From: an uncultured Lachnoclostridium sp.
GTDB taxonomy: Bacteria; Bacillota; Clostridia; Lachnospirales; Lachnospiraceae
Direction of reading: 5' to 3'
Length of the DNA: 64,000 nucleotides
Assembly (NCBI GenBank): GCA_964602445.1
Contig: CAZRQV010000004.1
Location: 67,866 to 131,865, forward strand
The position numbers and the translations under genes were made by a program. This document shows positions 47,727 to 57,165 of this stretch, piece after piece; positions within the stretch are counted from its first letter, which is position 1; each line of letters opens with the position of its first letter. Below the pieces are notes generated by a model that saw only the letters and a list, made by a program, of their open reading frames with translations, was not told the origin of the DNA and ran no database searches.

Positions 47727-47999
47727 TTATTCTATTGTATCGTCTACTAAATCGTCTGTTTCGTCATCTTCATCATCAAAGAAATCTTCGTCGTCATAAC
47801 AATCGAAGTCATCATCGATCTCATCTTCATAATCTTCCAGATAATCCGGTTTAACGAAACGATATACTGCATACACGATTCCTGCAACCGCTGCAATGAC
47901 TAAAACTGCACCTGCAATACAGATTACCAGATTACATTTCTTTTCTTTTGCTTCTTCTTTTTTAAGGATCTTTGCTGCTAATTCTTCTACTTTGCTCAT
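47727..47999 (-). CDS. single-pass membrane protein with hyper-acidic C-terminal tail
   Basis: Lys/Glu-rich N-terminus, one TM segment (LVICIAGAVLVIAAVAGIVYAVY), then about 40 residues that are mostly Asp/Glu (DYLEDYEDEIDDDFDCYDDEDFFDDEDDETDDLVDD). Confidence 0.55.
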   Translation of the reverse strand: MSKVEELAAKILKKEEAKEKKCNLVICIAGAVLVIAAVAGIVYAVYRFVKPDYLEDYEDEIDDDFDCYDDEDFFDDEDDETDDLVDDTIE

Positions 48000-48161
48000 A
48001 TGACAAGACCTCCCTGTTTCACTTTTACAGAATTCTGATTTCTACCGGATTCTGCGATTCATTTCTCATATGATACCACAAAACACTTCTTTTTACTAGC
48101 GAATACAAAATATTTTATAGCTATTTTATAAATTTTTCGTTTCTGTTCTTTTCCGTTTTCT

Positions 48162-50387
48162 CTAATCGCTGATCTTTTTTAATTTTGCAAAGGAGGCAAA
48201 CATTTTCTTCCGTCCGCATCCGTCAAAATCAACCGCGACTTCGTAATCTCTGCCGCCTTCTGTAATTCCGGCAACCGTTCCTTTTCCGAATTTTATATGC
48301 TGTACTCTGTCACCCACAGTATATTCCAGACTGTCTGCTTTCGTGACAGTAAACTGCTGTACCGCTTTTGGTTTTTCCCGAAATGTTTTTTTTCTTTCCA
48401 TCCAGGACTCCGTTTTCGGAAGTTCCACTGTTTTCTCTTTTCTGACTTCGCATCCTCTCTGAAGATATTTTTCCGGCACTTCTTTCATAAAACGGGATAC
48501 CTGATTAAACTGATTCTCACCGCGGATCATACGCATTCTTGCTGCAGTCATTGTCAGTTTTTTCATGGCTCTCGTAATCCCTACATAGCAAAGACGGCGT
48601 TCTTCTTCAATCTCTGCTTCCGGATCATCTGCTGCGATAGACATATAGCTCGGAAACAGGCCATCTTCCAGACCTGCCAGATACACATACGGAAACTCCA
48701 ATCCTTTGGCACTATGGAATGTCATCAAAAGCACACGGTTTTCATCATCTTCCATGCTGTCAATATCCGCAACCAGTGCTACTTCTTCCAAAAAGGCAGA
48801 AAGAGGTGGTTTTTCCTCTTCATAGTTTTCTTCAAAAGAAGCTGCTTTTGTGATCAATTCATCAATGTTTTCCAGTCGTGCCTTTGCTTCATCGGTTCCT
48901 TCTGCTTCCAGCTCTTTTTTATAACCGGTCACTTCCAGAATATCTTCGATCAGTTCTGTCACGGACAATTCTTCTGCTTTGGCACGGAATGATTGAATCA
49001 GAAGTGCAAAATTTTTCAGTTTCGGTACACTTCTGCCCAGCTGCGGCACGCCCTCCGCATTGGCAAGCACCTCAAAAAAGCTCATTTCATGAGTATCTGC
49101 AAACTCCTGAACCTTATCCTGTGTGGTCTGCCCGATTCCACGTTTCGGAATATTAATGATCCTTTTTACCGCCAGATCATCCACTGCATTATCAATGGTC
49201 TTTAAATAAGCTAAAATATCTTTGATTTCTTTTCTTCCATAGAAATTGATCCCACCGATCAAGCGGTACGGAATGTTATTACGGATAAACTGTTCTTCAA
49301 ACAGACGGGACTGGGCATTGGTACGATAAAGAACTGCATGATCCTGATATCGGCTGTCGGACTGTCGGACACTTTTTCGGATCTGCTCTGCAATGTATTC
49401 TGCTTCCTCAAATCCATTGTGGAATTGACGGAAATAAATTCCCTCGCCGTCCTCTTTTTCTGTCCACAATCGTTTGGATTTTCTTCCCTTATTATTTGCG
49501 ATTACTGCATTTGCCGCATTCAGAATATTTCCTGTCGAACGGTAATTCTGTTCCAGCTTGATTACTTTCGCCTCCGGGAATACCTGTTCAAAATTTAAGA
49601 TATTTCCAATGTTGGCCCCACGGAATTTGTAAATAGACTGATCATCATCACCTACAACACACAAATTCTGATATTTTTCTGCCAAAAGACGTACAAACTG
49701 AAACTGTGCGGTATTGGTATCCTGATACTCATCTATCATAATATATCGGAAACGTTCCTGATAACGATCCAGTATGTCCGGATGCGCTCTAAAAAGCTCT
49801 ACTGTTTTCACGATCAGATCATCAAAATCCAATGCATTATTTTTCTTCAGTGCTTTTTGATATTCCAGATAGGCACGTCCGAATAACTTCATCTTATAAT
49901 CTTCCCCTGCATTCAGAAGAAATTCTTCCGGCGAGATCAGCTCATCTTTCGCATGGGAGATCACATTTAAAAAAGTCTTTTCTTTATAAATCTTCGGATC
50001 CAGATTCATACTGCGGATCACCGATTTCATAACTGTTTTCTGGTCATCTGCGTCATAGATCGTAAAATTCGTATCATATCCTAAATAATCAATGTATCGT
50101 CTTAAGATCCGTACACAGGTAGAATGAAACGTAGATACCCAGACCGCCTCACTTCCAAACTCTACAATCTGATCCACACGTTCCCGCATCTCTCCTGCCG
50201 CTTTGTTGGTAAAGGTAATTGCCAGAATGTTCCACGGATTGACACCGCATTCCTCAATCAGGTATGCAATCCTGTGCGTCAGCACCCTGGTCTTTCCGGA
50301 ACCTGCACCTGCAAGGATCAGCAGCGGGCCTTCCGTGCATAATACCGCTTCTTTTTGTCTATCATTTAATGTATCATAAATACTCAT
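48162..50387 (-). CDS. pcrA: ATP-dependent DNA helicase PcrA (UvrD/Rep SF1 family)
   Basis: Motifs AGAGSGKT, ITFTNKAA, IMIDEYQDTN, VGDDDQSIYKFRGA, YRS and TFHSAKGLEF. 741 aa. Confidence 0.92.
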   Translation of the reverse strand: MSIYDTLNDRQKEAVLCTEGPLLILAGAGSGKTRVLTHRIAYLIEECGVNPWNILAITFTNKAAGEMRERVDQIVEFGSEAVWVSTFHSTCVRILRRYIDYLGYDTNFTIYDADDQKTVMKSVIRSMNLDPKIYKEKTFLNVISHAKDELISPEEFLLNAGEDYKMKLFGRAYLEYQKALKKNNALDFDDLIVKTVELFRAHPDILDRYQERFRYIMIDEYQDTNTAQFQFVRLLAEKYQNLCVVGDDDQSIYKFRGANIGNILNFEQVFPEAKVIKLEQNYRSTGNILNAANAVIANNKGRKSKRLWTEKEDGEGIYFRQFHNGFEEAEYIAEQIRKSVRQSDSRYQDHAVLYRTNAQSRLFEEQFIRNNIPYRLIGGINFYGRKEIKDILAYLKTIDNAVDDLAVKRIINIPKRGIGQTTQDKVQEFADTHEMSFFEVLANAEGVPQLGRSVPKLKNFALLIQSFRAKAEELSVTELIEDILEVTGYKKELEAEGTDEAKARLENIDELITKAASFEENYEEEKPPLSAFLEEVALVADIDSMEDDENRVLLMTFHSAKGLEFPYVYLAGLEDGLFPSYMSIAADDPEAEIEEERRLCYVGITRAMKKLTMTAARMRMIRGENQFNQVSRFMKEVPEKYLQRGCEVRKEKTVELPKTESWMERKKTFREKPKAVQQFTVTKADSLEYTVGDRVQHIKFGKGTVAGITEGGRDYEVAVDFDGCGRKKMFASFAKLKKISD

Positions 50388-50582
50388 AAATTATCCTCTC
50401 TGTTATGATCAGCTTATTTGTATTTTTCAGTATACCACACGTATGTTCGGTTATCAATCTTCTTTCTAACGGAAAAGGGAATTCCATCCTGCATTTCTTA
50501 ATATTCTCGAAAAGGCTTGCAATGTGGGATTCTATATTTTATAATGTAACGTATTAAAGTATGAAATTATAAGGAATTTGAC

Positions 50583-51314
50583 ATGAATTATGTTTTAGAC
50601 ACCCATACCCATACTTTGGCAAGCGGCCACGCTTACAGCACACTTCGTGAGATGGCTTATGCCGCCAGCCAAAGGGGATTGAAAATTCTGGGGATCACTG
50701 AGCATGCACCAAATATGCCCGGCAGCTGTCACGAATTCTATTTTCGAAATCTTCGGATCGTAGAACGGCAGATGTACGGTGTTGATCTGCTTTTAGGAGC
50801 AGAATTAAATATTCTGGATGCTGACGGTACGGTCGATCTTCCCGAATCTACGCTGCGGAAACTTGACATTACCATTGCAAGTCTCCATACTCCCTGCATG
50901 AAACCAGGCACCTTAAAGGAAAATACCAATGCCTATATCAATGCAATGAAAAATCCGCTGATCAATATCATCGGTCATCCGGATGACAGGCGTTATCCTG
51001 TGGATTATAAAGAAGTGGTTCTTGCCGCCAAAGAATATCACACTTTGCTGGAGCTGAACAATTCTTCTTTAACAGAAGGCGGTTCCAGAGTGAATGCAGA
51101 ACCGCTGGATATCGAACTTTTAGCCCTTTGTGCTGAGTACGAAGTTCCCATTGTGATCGGCAGTGATGCCCACATCGATCATGAGGTAGGAAATCACGAC
51201 AAAGCCGCTGCACTTCTGGCAAAAGTGAAGTTTCCGGAACACCTGATCGTAAATCAGGATGCAGATTATTTAAAAAAATACGTAAATCGTTATAATAAAG
51301 GAGAACAATTATGA
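50583..51314 (+). CDS. PHP-domain phosphatase (YcdX-like)
   Basis: Metal-binding DTHTHT N-terminus, TEH and GSDAH motifs. 243 aa. Confidence 0.8.
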   Translation: MNYVLDTHTHTLASGHAYSTLREMAYAASQRGLKILGITEHAPNMPGSCHEFYFRNLRIVERQMYGVDLLLGAELNILDADGTVDLPESTLRKLDITIASLHTPCMKPGTLKENTNAYINAMKNPLINIIGHPDDRRYPVDYKEVVLAAKEYHTLLELNNSSLTEGGSRVNAEPLDIELLALCAEYEVPIVIGSDAHIDHEVGNHDKAAALLAKVKFPEHLIVNQDADYLKKYVNRYNKGEQL

Positions 51315-51610
51315 GTAAAACTGTAAAAACAGAAGCTGTAGACCATCTTTTTGATGCCATTCTTACCCTAAAAGATAAAGAAGAATGCTATACCTTTTTT
51401 CAGGATGTATGCACCATCAACGAACTGCTCTCTCTTTCCCAGCGCTATGAAGTAGCAAAAATGCTGAGAGAAAAAAGAACTTATCTTGAGATTGCAGAAA
51501 AGACCGGTGCTTCCACTGCAACCATCAGCCGCGTCAACCGTTCTTTAAATTACGGCTGTGACGGATATGATATGGTATTTTCCAGACTGGAAAAAGTAGA
51601 AAACAAATAG
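51311..51610 (+). CDS. YerC/YecD-family TrpR-like protein
   Basis: 99 aa. LSQRYEVAKMLREKRTYLEIAEKTGASTATISRVNRSL matches the TrpR-related YerC/YecD pattern. Overlaps the upstream stop by 4 nt. Confidence 0.8.
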   Translation: MSKTVKTEAVDHLFDAILTLKDKEECYTFFQDVCTINELLSLSQRYEVAKMLREKRTYLEIAEKTGASTATISRVNRSLNYGCDGYDMVFSRLEKVENK

Positions 51611-51629
51611 AATTGAAGGGATCTATCAA

Positions 51630-53084
51630 ATGAATGTATTAAACAATCTGGAACCTGCTGCTGTGTTTCATTTTTTCGAAGAAATCTGCAGCATTCCACA
51701 TACCTCTTTTCACGAAAAACAGTTAAGTGACTACTGTGTCGCTTTTGCAAAAGAACGAAATTTATATTATGAACAGGACGAGCTTGGAAATATAATCATC
51801 ATTGCCGAAGCAACCAAAGGTTATGAAAACGTAGAACCGATCATCTTGCAGGGGCATTTGGACATGGTAGGGGACAAAGCACCTGACTGTGACCTTGATT
51901 TAGAAAAAGACGGACTGCGTCTTTGCATTGACGGAGATTGGATCCATGCAGACGGAACTACGTTAGGGGGAGATGACGGTATTGCAGTCGCTTACGGACT
52001 GGCAATCTTAGATTCTGATGAAATCCCGCATCCACGTTTGGAAGTGGTATTCACTGTTTCCGAAGAAGTAGGACTTTTAGGGGCTTCCGGAATCGATCTT
52101 TCCTGCTGCCGTGCCAAACGTCTGTTAAACATTGATTCCGAAGAAGAAGGAATATTTACCGTTGGATGCGCCGGCGGTATTCGTGTTCAGTCCGATATTC
52201 CGGTCAGCAGATGCTCTGCTTCCGGTCTTCGTCTGGATTTCCGTTTTCACGGTATTTTAGGCGGACATTCCGGTATTGAGATCAACAACGGTTTGGCCAA
52301 TGCCAATGTACTGGCAGGACGTTTTCTTATGGCTTTAAAAAATGTCTGTGATTTCAGCATCATTACTTTTCAGGGCGGCGTAAAGGAAAATGTAATCCCA
52401 AAAGATGCCGGCTTTTCCCTGATGATTTCAGAAGATCAGCGTTCCGCTGCGGAAGAGGCACTGGCTGCATTTAATGCACAGATCAAAGCAGAATATGCTG
52501 CTGCCGATCCGGATGCAGTCCTCCTCATGACCGTTTCCGGTGATGCCAAACTTCCGGTTCTGACTGCTGATTCCGGTTCCAAATTGATTACAGCATTGAA
52601 TCTGATGCCAAACGGTGTTCAGTCTATGTGCATCGACCTTCCGGGACTGGTGGAAACCTCCCTGAATCTGGGTGTCGTATCTTTGACAGAAGAAAATCTG
52701 CAGTTATGCTTTTCGATCCGAAGCTCTGTTGCTTCTGCAAAAGCATATATCATCGAAAAAGTAACGCTCTTTACCGAATTTTTAGGCGGCAGCGTATCCA
52801 AATCCGGTGAATATCCGGCGTGGCCGCTGGCACGGGAATCTGCATTCCGTGATCAGTGTATCGAAGTTTATGAAAAACTGTATGGAGAAAAACCGCAGGT
52901 AGTGACCATTCATGCAGGCCTGGAATGCGGAATCCTTTCTGAAAAGATTCCGGGACTGGACTGTATCTCCATCGGACCAAACTTAAAAGAGATCCACACC
53001 ATCAAAGAACGAGCTTCCATCTCTTCCATCGCAAGAGTCTGGGAATTCGTAAAAGCAGTACTTGCTTATCAACCATCCATCTAA
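51630..53084 (+). CDS. pepD: aminoacyl-histidine (Xaa-His) dipeptidase PepD, M20C family
   Basis: IPHTSFHEKQLSDY, LQGHLDMV, GADDG-type and SEEVGL motifs. 484 aa. Confidence 0.88.
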   Translation: MNVLNNLEPAAVFHFFEEICSIPHTSFHEKQLSDYCVAFAKERNLYYEQDELGNIIIIAEATKGYENVEPIILQGHLDMVGDKAPDCDLDLEKDGLRLCIDGDWIHADGTTLGGDDGIAVAYGLAILDSDEIPHPRLEVVFTVSEEVGLLGASGIDLSCCRAKRLLNIDSEEEGIFTVGCAGGIRVQSDIPVSRCSASGLRLDFRFHGILGGHSGIEINNGLANANVLAGRFLMALKNVCDFSIITFQGGVKENVIPKDAGFSLMISEDQRSAAEEALAAFNAQIKAEYAAADPDAVLLMTVSGDAKLPVLTADSGSKLITALNLMPNGVQSMCIDLPGLVETSLNLGVVSLTEENLQLCFSIRSSVASAKAYIIEKVTLFTEFLGGSVSKSGEYPAWPLARESAFRDQCIEVYEKLYGEKPQVVTIHAGLECGILSEKIPGLDCISIGPNLKEIHTIKERASISSIARVWEFVKAVLAYQPSI

Positions 53085-53120
53085 AAAATAAAGGCGTGAC
53101 CGTTTTGGTCACGCCTTTTC
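53085..53120. terminator. bidirectional terminator between pepD and the DUF819-like gene
   Basis: AAAAAATAAA-GGCGTGACC-gtttt-GGTCACGCC-TTTTCATTT. Confidence 0.85.
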
Positions 53121-53172
53121 ATTTCACAAGATTCTTTTTTTTGCTGTTATCACATTCCAGCCAATCCCTCTG

Positions 53173-54336
53173 CTATGCAAACATGGACATGATATTCGCT
53201 ACCAGAATTCCCCCGCCGGTACCGATTACATATCCCATCAGAGCCATGAGGACTCCAACCGGAACTAAAGAACCGCTGTAAGCGCCTGCTAAGATTGGAG
53301 CGGAAGCAGAACCGCCGATATTGGCCAGAGAAGCAACTCCGCAAGTAAACATATCCAATTTAAAGATTTTTGCAAAGATTACCAGCAGAACACCGTGAAT
53401 GATCAGGATCATAAATCCTGCAGCGATCCAGAGCGGTGCATCGGAAAGTTCTAAGAAACTTGCACGGGATGCTAACAGTGCTACAACACAGTAGAGCATT
53501 ACGTTGGAAAGTTCCTGTGTTCCAGCCATTTTTCCGATTGGTGTAACTGCACCAACCAGACCGGCAATCGTTACGAAAAGAACAGTCCATGTTGCTTTGT
53601 CCAGCCAAGGAGCTGCTGTATTGATCGCAACACCTACATTTTGACCTACGGCTGAGATTACCAGTGCTAAACCTAAAAGGAAAATCAGATCCACAAATGT
53701 AATCTTTTTGTCGTTTGCTTTCGCATCTTCTTCCAGACGTTTGGATACTTCATCCAGCGCGCTGGTATCAGCTTTTGTCCATTTATTGAATTTTGGTGCA
53801 AGATTGATCGCCCAAAGTAAGAACATTACCCAGATGGAATAGTCGATAGAATCTACTACCAGAGCGTATGCCATATCTGCTTCTCCGATATCAAACGCTG
53901 CCTGTACAGCGATCATATTTCCGGAACCGCCCATCCAGCTTCCGCAAAGTGCTCCCAATGCTTTCCACGCCTCTGATCCAAGCTGTGTATGAAGCAGTGC
54001 ATAAGTGATGATAAATCCAAGTCCGATAGAAACCGATGCCGCAAAGAAACCGCCCAGCATTTTTGGTCCCAGTTTCAAAATCTTACGAATGTCGCAGCGA
54101 AGCAGCATCAGGAAAATCATTGCATATAAAATATTATTTTTTAATGCAGAATAAGCAGGTTTGGTTGCTTCCATATCCCAGACCTGACAGGTACATAAAA
54201 TCATTGTAATCAGATACAATAATACAATTGGTGGTACGAAATCAAAGAATTTAGCTTTGGTATATTTCTGTAACCACACGAGCATTGCAGCTAAAAAGAT
54301 CAGAACCGCAATGTAGGTAAATCCGTTTGTGATCAT
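53173..54336 (-). CDS. DUF819-like polytopic membrane protein (putative transporter)
   Basis: About 11 TM segments. AGGAGGG RBS and a TATAAT box support the ATG at 54336 (MITNGFTYIAV...); the track start at 54429 is an extension. The family call is from general resemblance only. Confidence 0.6.
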   Translation of the reverse strand: MITNGFTYIAVLIFLAAMLVWLQKYTKAKFFDFVPPIVLLYLITMILCTCQVWDMEATKPAYSALKNNILYAMIFLMLLRCDIRKILKLGPKMLGGFFAASVSIGLGFIITYALLHTQLGSEAWKALGALCGSWMGGSGNMIAVQAAFDIGEADMAYALVVDSIDYSIWVMFLLWAINLAPKFNKWTKADTSALDEVSKRLEEDAKANDKKITFVDLIFLLGLALVISAVGQNVGVAINTAAPWLDKATWTVLFVTIAGLVGAVTPIGKMAGTQELSNVMLYCVVALLASRASFLELSDAPLWIAAGFMILIIHGVLLVIFAKIFKLDMFTCGVASLANIGGSASAPILAGAYSGSLVPVGVLMALMGYVIGTGGGILVANIMSMFA

Positions 54337-54366
54337 GTTTGATCCCTCCTGTATTATAATTTTTTG

Positions 54367-54400
54367 CACAATCTTCTTTACAAAATCCATAAAGATTGTG
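54367..54400. promoter_or_regulatory. 9-bp perfect inverted repeat in the divergent promoter region
   Basis: CACAATCTT (54367-54375), 16-nt spacer, AAGATTGTG (54392-54400), between the DUF819-like gene and the epimerase gene. Confidence 0.4.
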
Positions 54401-54480
54401 TACAATGATACAATAATACCATAAAACAAATAGATCTAGCAAGATATTTGTCATAAAAAATAGCAAGGAGAACAGAAGTT

Positions 54481-55578
54481 ATGAAAATTACAGAAGTTAA
54501 AATCGGAATGATCTCTGTACCGCTGCACGTGCCGTTTAAAACAGCACTTCGTACAGTCAACAGTGTAGAAGATGTGGTAGTAGAAATTCATACAGATACA
54601 GGGGCTGTAGGATATGGTGAAGCACCGCCTACCGGTGTGATCACAGGTGATACAACCGGCGGCATCATCGGTGCTATCAAAGACCATCTTTCAAAAGCGA
54701 TCATTGGAAAAGAGGTCGATGATTTCGAAAATCTGATGATCTCCGTTCAGAACTGCATGGTAAAAAATACCAGTGCAAAGGCTGCCATCGATATGGCATT
54801 GTGGGATCTGTATGGACAGTTATATAAAATTCCTGTCTACAAACTGATGGGCGGTTCCAAAAAATCGATTACAACCGACATTACCATCAGCGTAAACGAT
54901 CCGGAAACGATGGCAAAAGATGCCGCAGATGCCATTGCCCGTGGCTATGATTGTCTGAAAGTAAAAGTCGGAAAAGAATCTGAAAAAGACATTGCCCGCC
55001 TTTCTGCAATCCGTGAAGCAGTTCCAAAGTCTACTTTAATCCGAATTGATGCAAATCAGGGATGGACTCCAAAAGAAGCGGTTCGTATCTTAAACGGCAT
55101 GCAGGATCGGGGTCTGGACATCGAATTCGTAGAACAGCCTGTCAAAGGACATGACATCGACGGCTTAAAATACGTTACAGATCATTCCTATGTGCCGGTA
55201 CTGGCAGACGAAAGCGTATTTTCTGTAGAAGACGCATTTAAGATCCTTCAGATGCGTGCTGCAGATATGATCAACATCAAGCTTATGAAATGCGGCGGAT
55301 TATACAACGGTCTGAAGATTGCGACTGCTGCAGAAGTTTATGGCGTAGAATGTATGATCGGCTGTATGCTGGAAGCAAAAATTTCCGTAAATGCAGCGGT
55401 TCACCTGGCATGTGCAAAACAGATCATTACAAAGATTGATCTGGACGGTCCGGTGCTGTGCAGTGAAGATCCGATCATCGGCGGTGCCGTATTCAATGAA
55501 AAAGACATTACGGTTTCCTCCGAACCGGGACTCGGCATCAAAGGCATTCAGGAAGGTAAGATTACCTATCTTTCATAA
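54481..55578 (+). CDS. dipeptide epimerase (L-Ala-D/L-Glu epimerase type, enolase superfamily)
   Basis: KxK (LKVKVG), DANQGW, EQP, LADES and the second catalytic Lys (NIKLMKCGG). 365 aa. Confidence 0.85.
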   Translation: MKITEVKIGMISVPLHVPFKTALRTVNSVEDVVVEIHTDTGAVGYGEAPPTGVITGDTTGGIIGAIKDHLSKAIIGKEVDDFENLMISVQNCMVKNTSAKAAIDMALWDLYGQLYKIPVYKLMGGSKKSITTDITISVNDPETMAKDAADAIARGYDCLKVKVGKESEKDIARLSAIREAVPKSTLIRIDANQGWTPKEAVRILNGMQDRGLDIEFVEQPVKGHDIDGLKYVTDHSYVPVLADESVFSVEDAFKILQMRAADMINIKLMKCGGLYNGLKIATAAEVYGVECMIGCMLEAKISVNAAVHLACAKQIITKIDLDGPVLCSEDPIIGGAVFNEKDITVSSEPGLGIKGIQEGKITYLS

Positions 55579-55581
55579 AAG

Positions 55582-55632
55582 AAAAAAGAACAGATTTCCA
55601 TCGTCAAACATGGAATTCTGTTCTTTTATTTT
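55582..55632. terminator. bidirectional terminator between the epimerase and SNF symporter genes
   Basis: GAACAGATTTCCAT-8 nt loop-ATGGAATTCTGTTC (1 mismatch), flanked by AAAAAA upstream and TTTTATTTT downstream. Confidence 0.8.
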
Positions 55633-55640
55633 GCTTGATT

Positions 55641-57047
55641 TTAGATAAATGTAATGATGCCCAGTGCTTTCAAAAGCAGCACCAGAAGCAATAACGGTGT
55701 AATGTATTTCAGCATTACAACATACAGATTTCTTCTTCCGAATTTTTCCCCATTTTTCGTCACTTCTTCAATGATCATTTTCGGTTTCAAAATCCATCCC
55801 ACAAGGATGCAGGTCGCAATGGCAACGATCGGCATTAATACATTATTGCTTACATAATCCATCACATCCAGAATCTGTCCTGTTGTACCGTTTGGAAGTT
55901 TCAGTTCGAAGTACCATCGATTATATCCAAAGCATACTGCAAGTCCGCCAAGCACTGCCAGAATCAGTACTGCAGTGACTGATTTATTACGCGACCATCC
56001 AAAGCGGTCGATCAGACTGGAGGACACAGCTTCCATAATAGAAATTGAGCTGGTCAGCGCTGCAAACAGTACCATGGCAAAAAACAGACATCCAACAAAT
56101 CGTCCTGCACCGCCCATCTCAGCAAATACTTTCGGCAGAGAAACAAACATCAGACTCGGACCGGAAGCCTGCATTCCTGCTCTGCCCTGAAATACATAAA
56201 CAGCCGGAATGATCATTACCCCTGCCAGAAAAGCAACCAGCGTATCAAAGATTTCAATCTGATTTACTGATTTTGACAGGTTTCCTTCATCTTTCAGATA
56301 AGAACCATAGGTAATCAGGATTCCCATGGCAATGCTTAGACTGTAGAAAGACTGTCCCATGGCATCCAGAAGTACGGTAAAGAATCCTTTCAGCGTCAGT
56401 CCGTCAAAATTAGGGATTACATAAATTTTAAATCCTTCCCATCCGGTTCTTGTCACACCTTCTCCGTCTGTATAGCTGACTGTCAGTGAAAATACAGCAA
56501 TTCCTACTACCAGCACGATTAAAATCGGCATCAGAATCTTGGAAAAAGATTCAATTCCATGATTTACACCAAGATACACCACTGCTGCTGTAACTACCAG
56601 AAAGATTCCCATCAGGATAACCGGTTCCCCTTGGGATGTGATAAATCCGGTAAAAAATCCTTCGGTAGCTGCTGCTGCCGCACCAGATCCTGATAAAAAT
56701 GTAATAAAATATTTTAATACCCAGCCTCCGATGGCACAATAATACGGCAAAATGATCGCAGGAATGATACAGGAGAGAACTCCTAAAAATCCCCATTTCT
56801 GATTCAGCTGCTGATAAGCAGTCAAAGGACTCTGCTTGGTCTTTCTTCCAATGGCAATCTCTGTGATCAACAGTGTGAACCCAAACGTCAATGCCAGAAC
56901 AATGTACATTACAAGAAAAAGACCCCCTCCGTCTTTTGCCGCAAGATATGGAAATCTCCATATATTTCCAAGACCCACTGCACTGCCCGCTGCAGCCATG
57001 ACAAATCCCAGAGATCCGGAAAATGAATTTCTTTTTTCTTTTTGCAT
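55641..57047 (-). CDS. sodium-dependent transporter, neurotransmitter:sodium symporter (SNF) family
   Basis: GLGNIWRFPYL signature. 12-TM protein of 468 aa. Confidence 0.88.
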   Translation of the reverse strand: MQKEKRNSFSGSLGFVMAAAGSAVGLGNIWRFPYLAAKDGGGLFLVMYIVLALTFGFTLLITEIAIGRKTKQSPLTAYQQLNQKWGFLGVLSCIIPAIILPYYCAIGGWVLKYFITFLSGSGAAAAATEGFFTGFITSQGEPVILMGIFLVVTAAVVYLGVNHGIESFSKILMPILIVLVVGIAVFSLTVSYTDGEGVTRTGWEGFKIYVIPNFDGLTLKGFFTVLLDAMGQSFYSLSIAMGILITYGSYLKDEGNLSKSVNQIEIFDTLVAFLAGVMIIPAVYVFQGRAGMQASGPSLMFVSLPKVFAEMGGAGRFVGCLFFAMVLFAALTSSISIMEAVSSSLIDRFGWSRNKSVTAVLILAVLGGLAVCFGYNRWYFELKLPNGTTGQILDVMDYVSNNVLMPIVAIATCILVGWILKPKMIIEEVTKNGEKFGRRNLYVVMLKYITPLLLLVLLLKALGIITFI

Positions 57048-57101
57048 AGTTACCCCTTTTCTTCTACGTAGTAATAGGCAGTATTATAACACAAACACAG
57101 T

Positions 57102-57132
57102 AAAAATCCCACTAAAATTCGTGGGATTTTTT
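57102..57132. terminator. bidirectional-looking terminator after the acyltransferase-3 gene
   Basis: AAAAATCCCAC-taaaattc-GTGGGATTTTTT. Confidence 0.7.
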
Positions 57133-57165
57133 ATAAAAACGGCTAAAATAATTACAGATCTGCAT

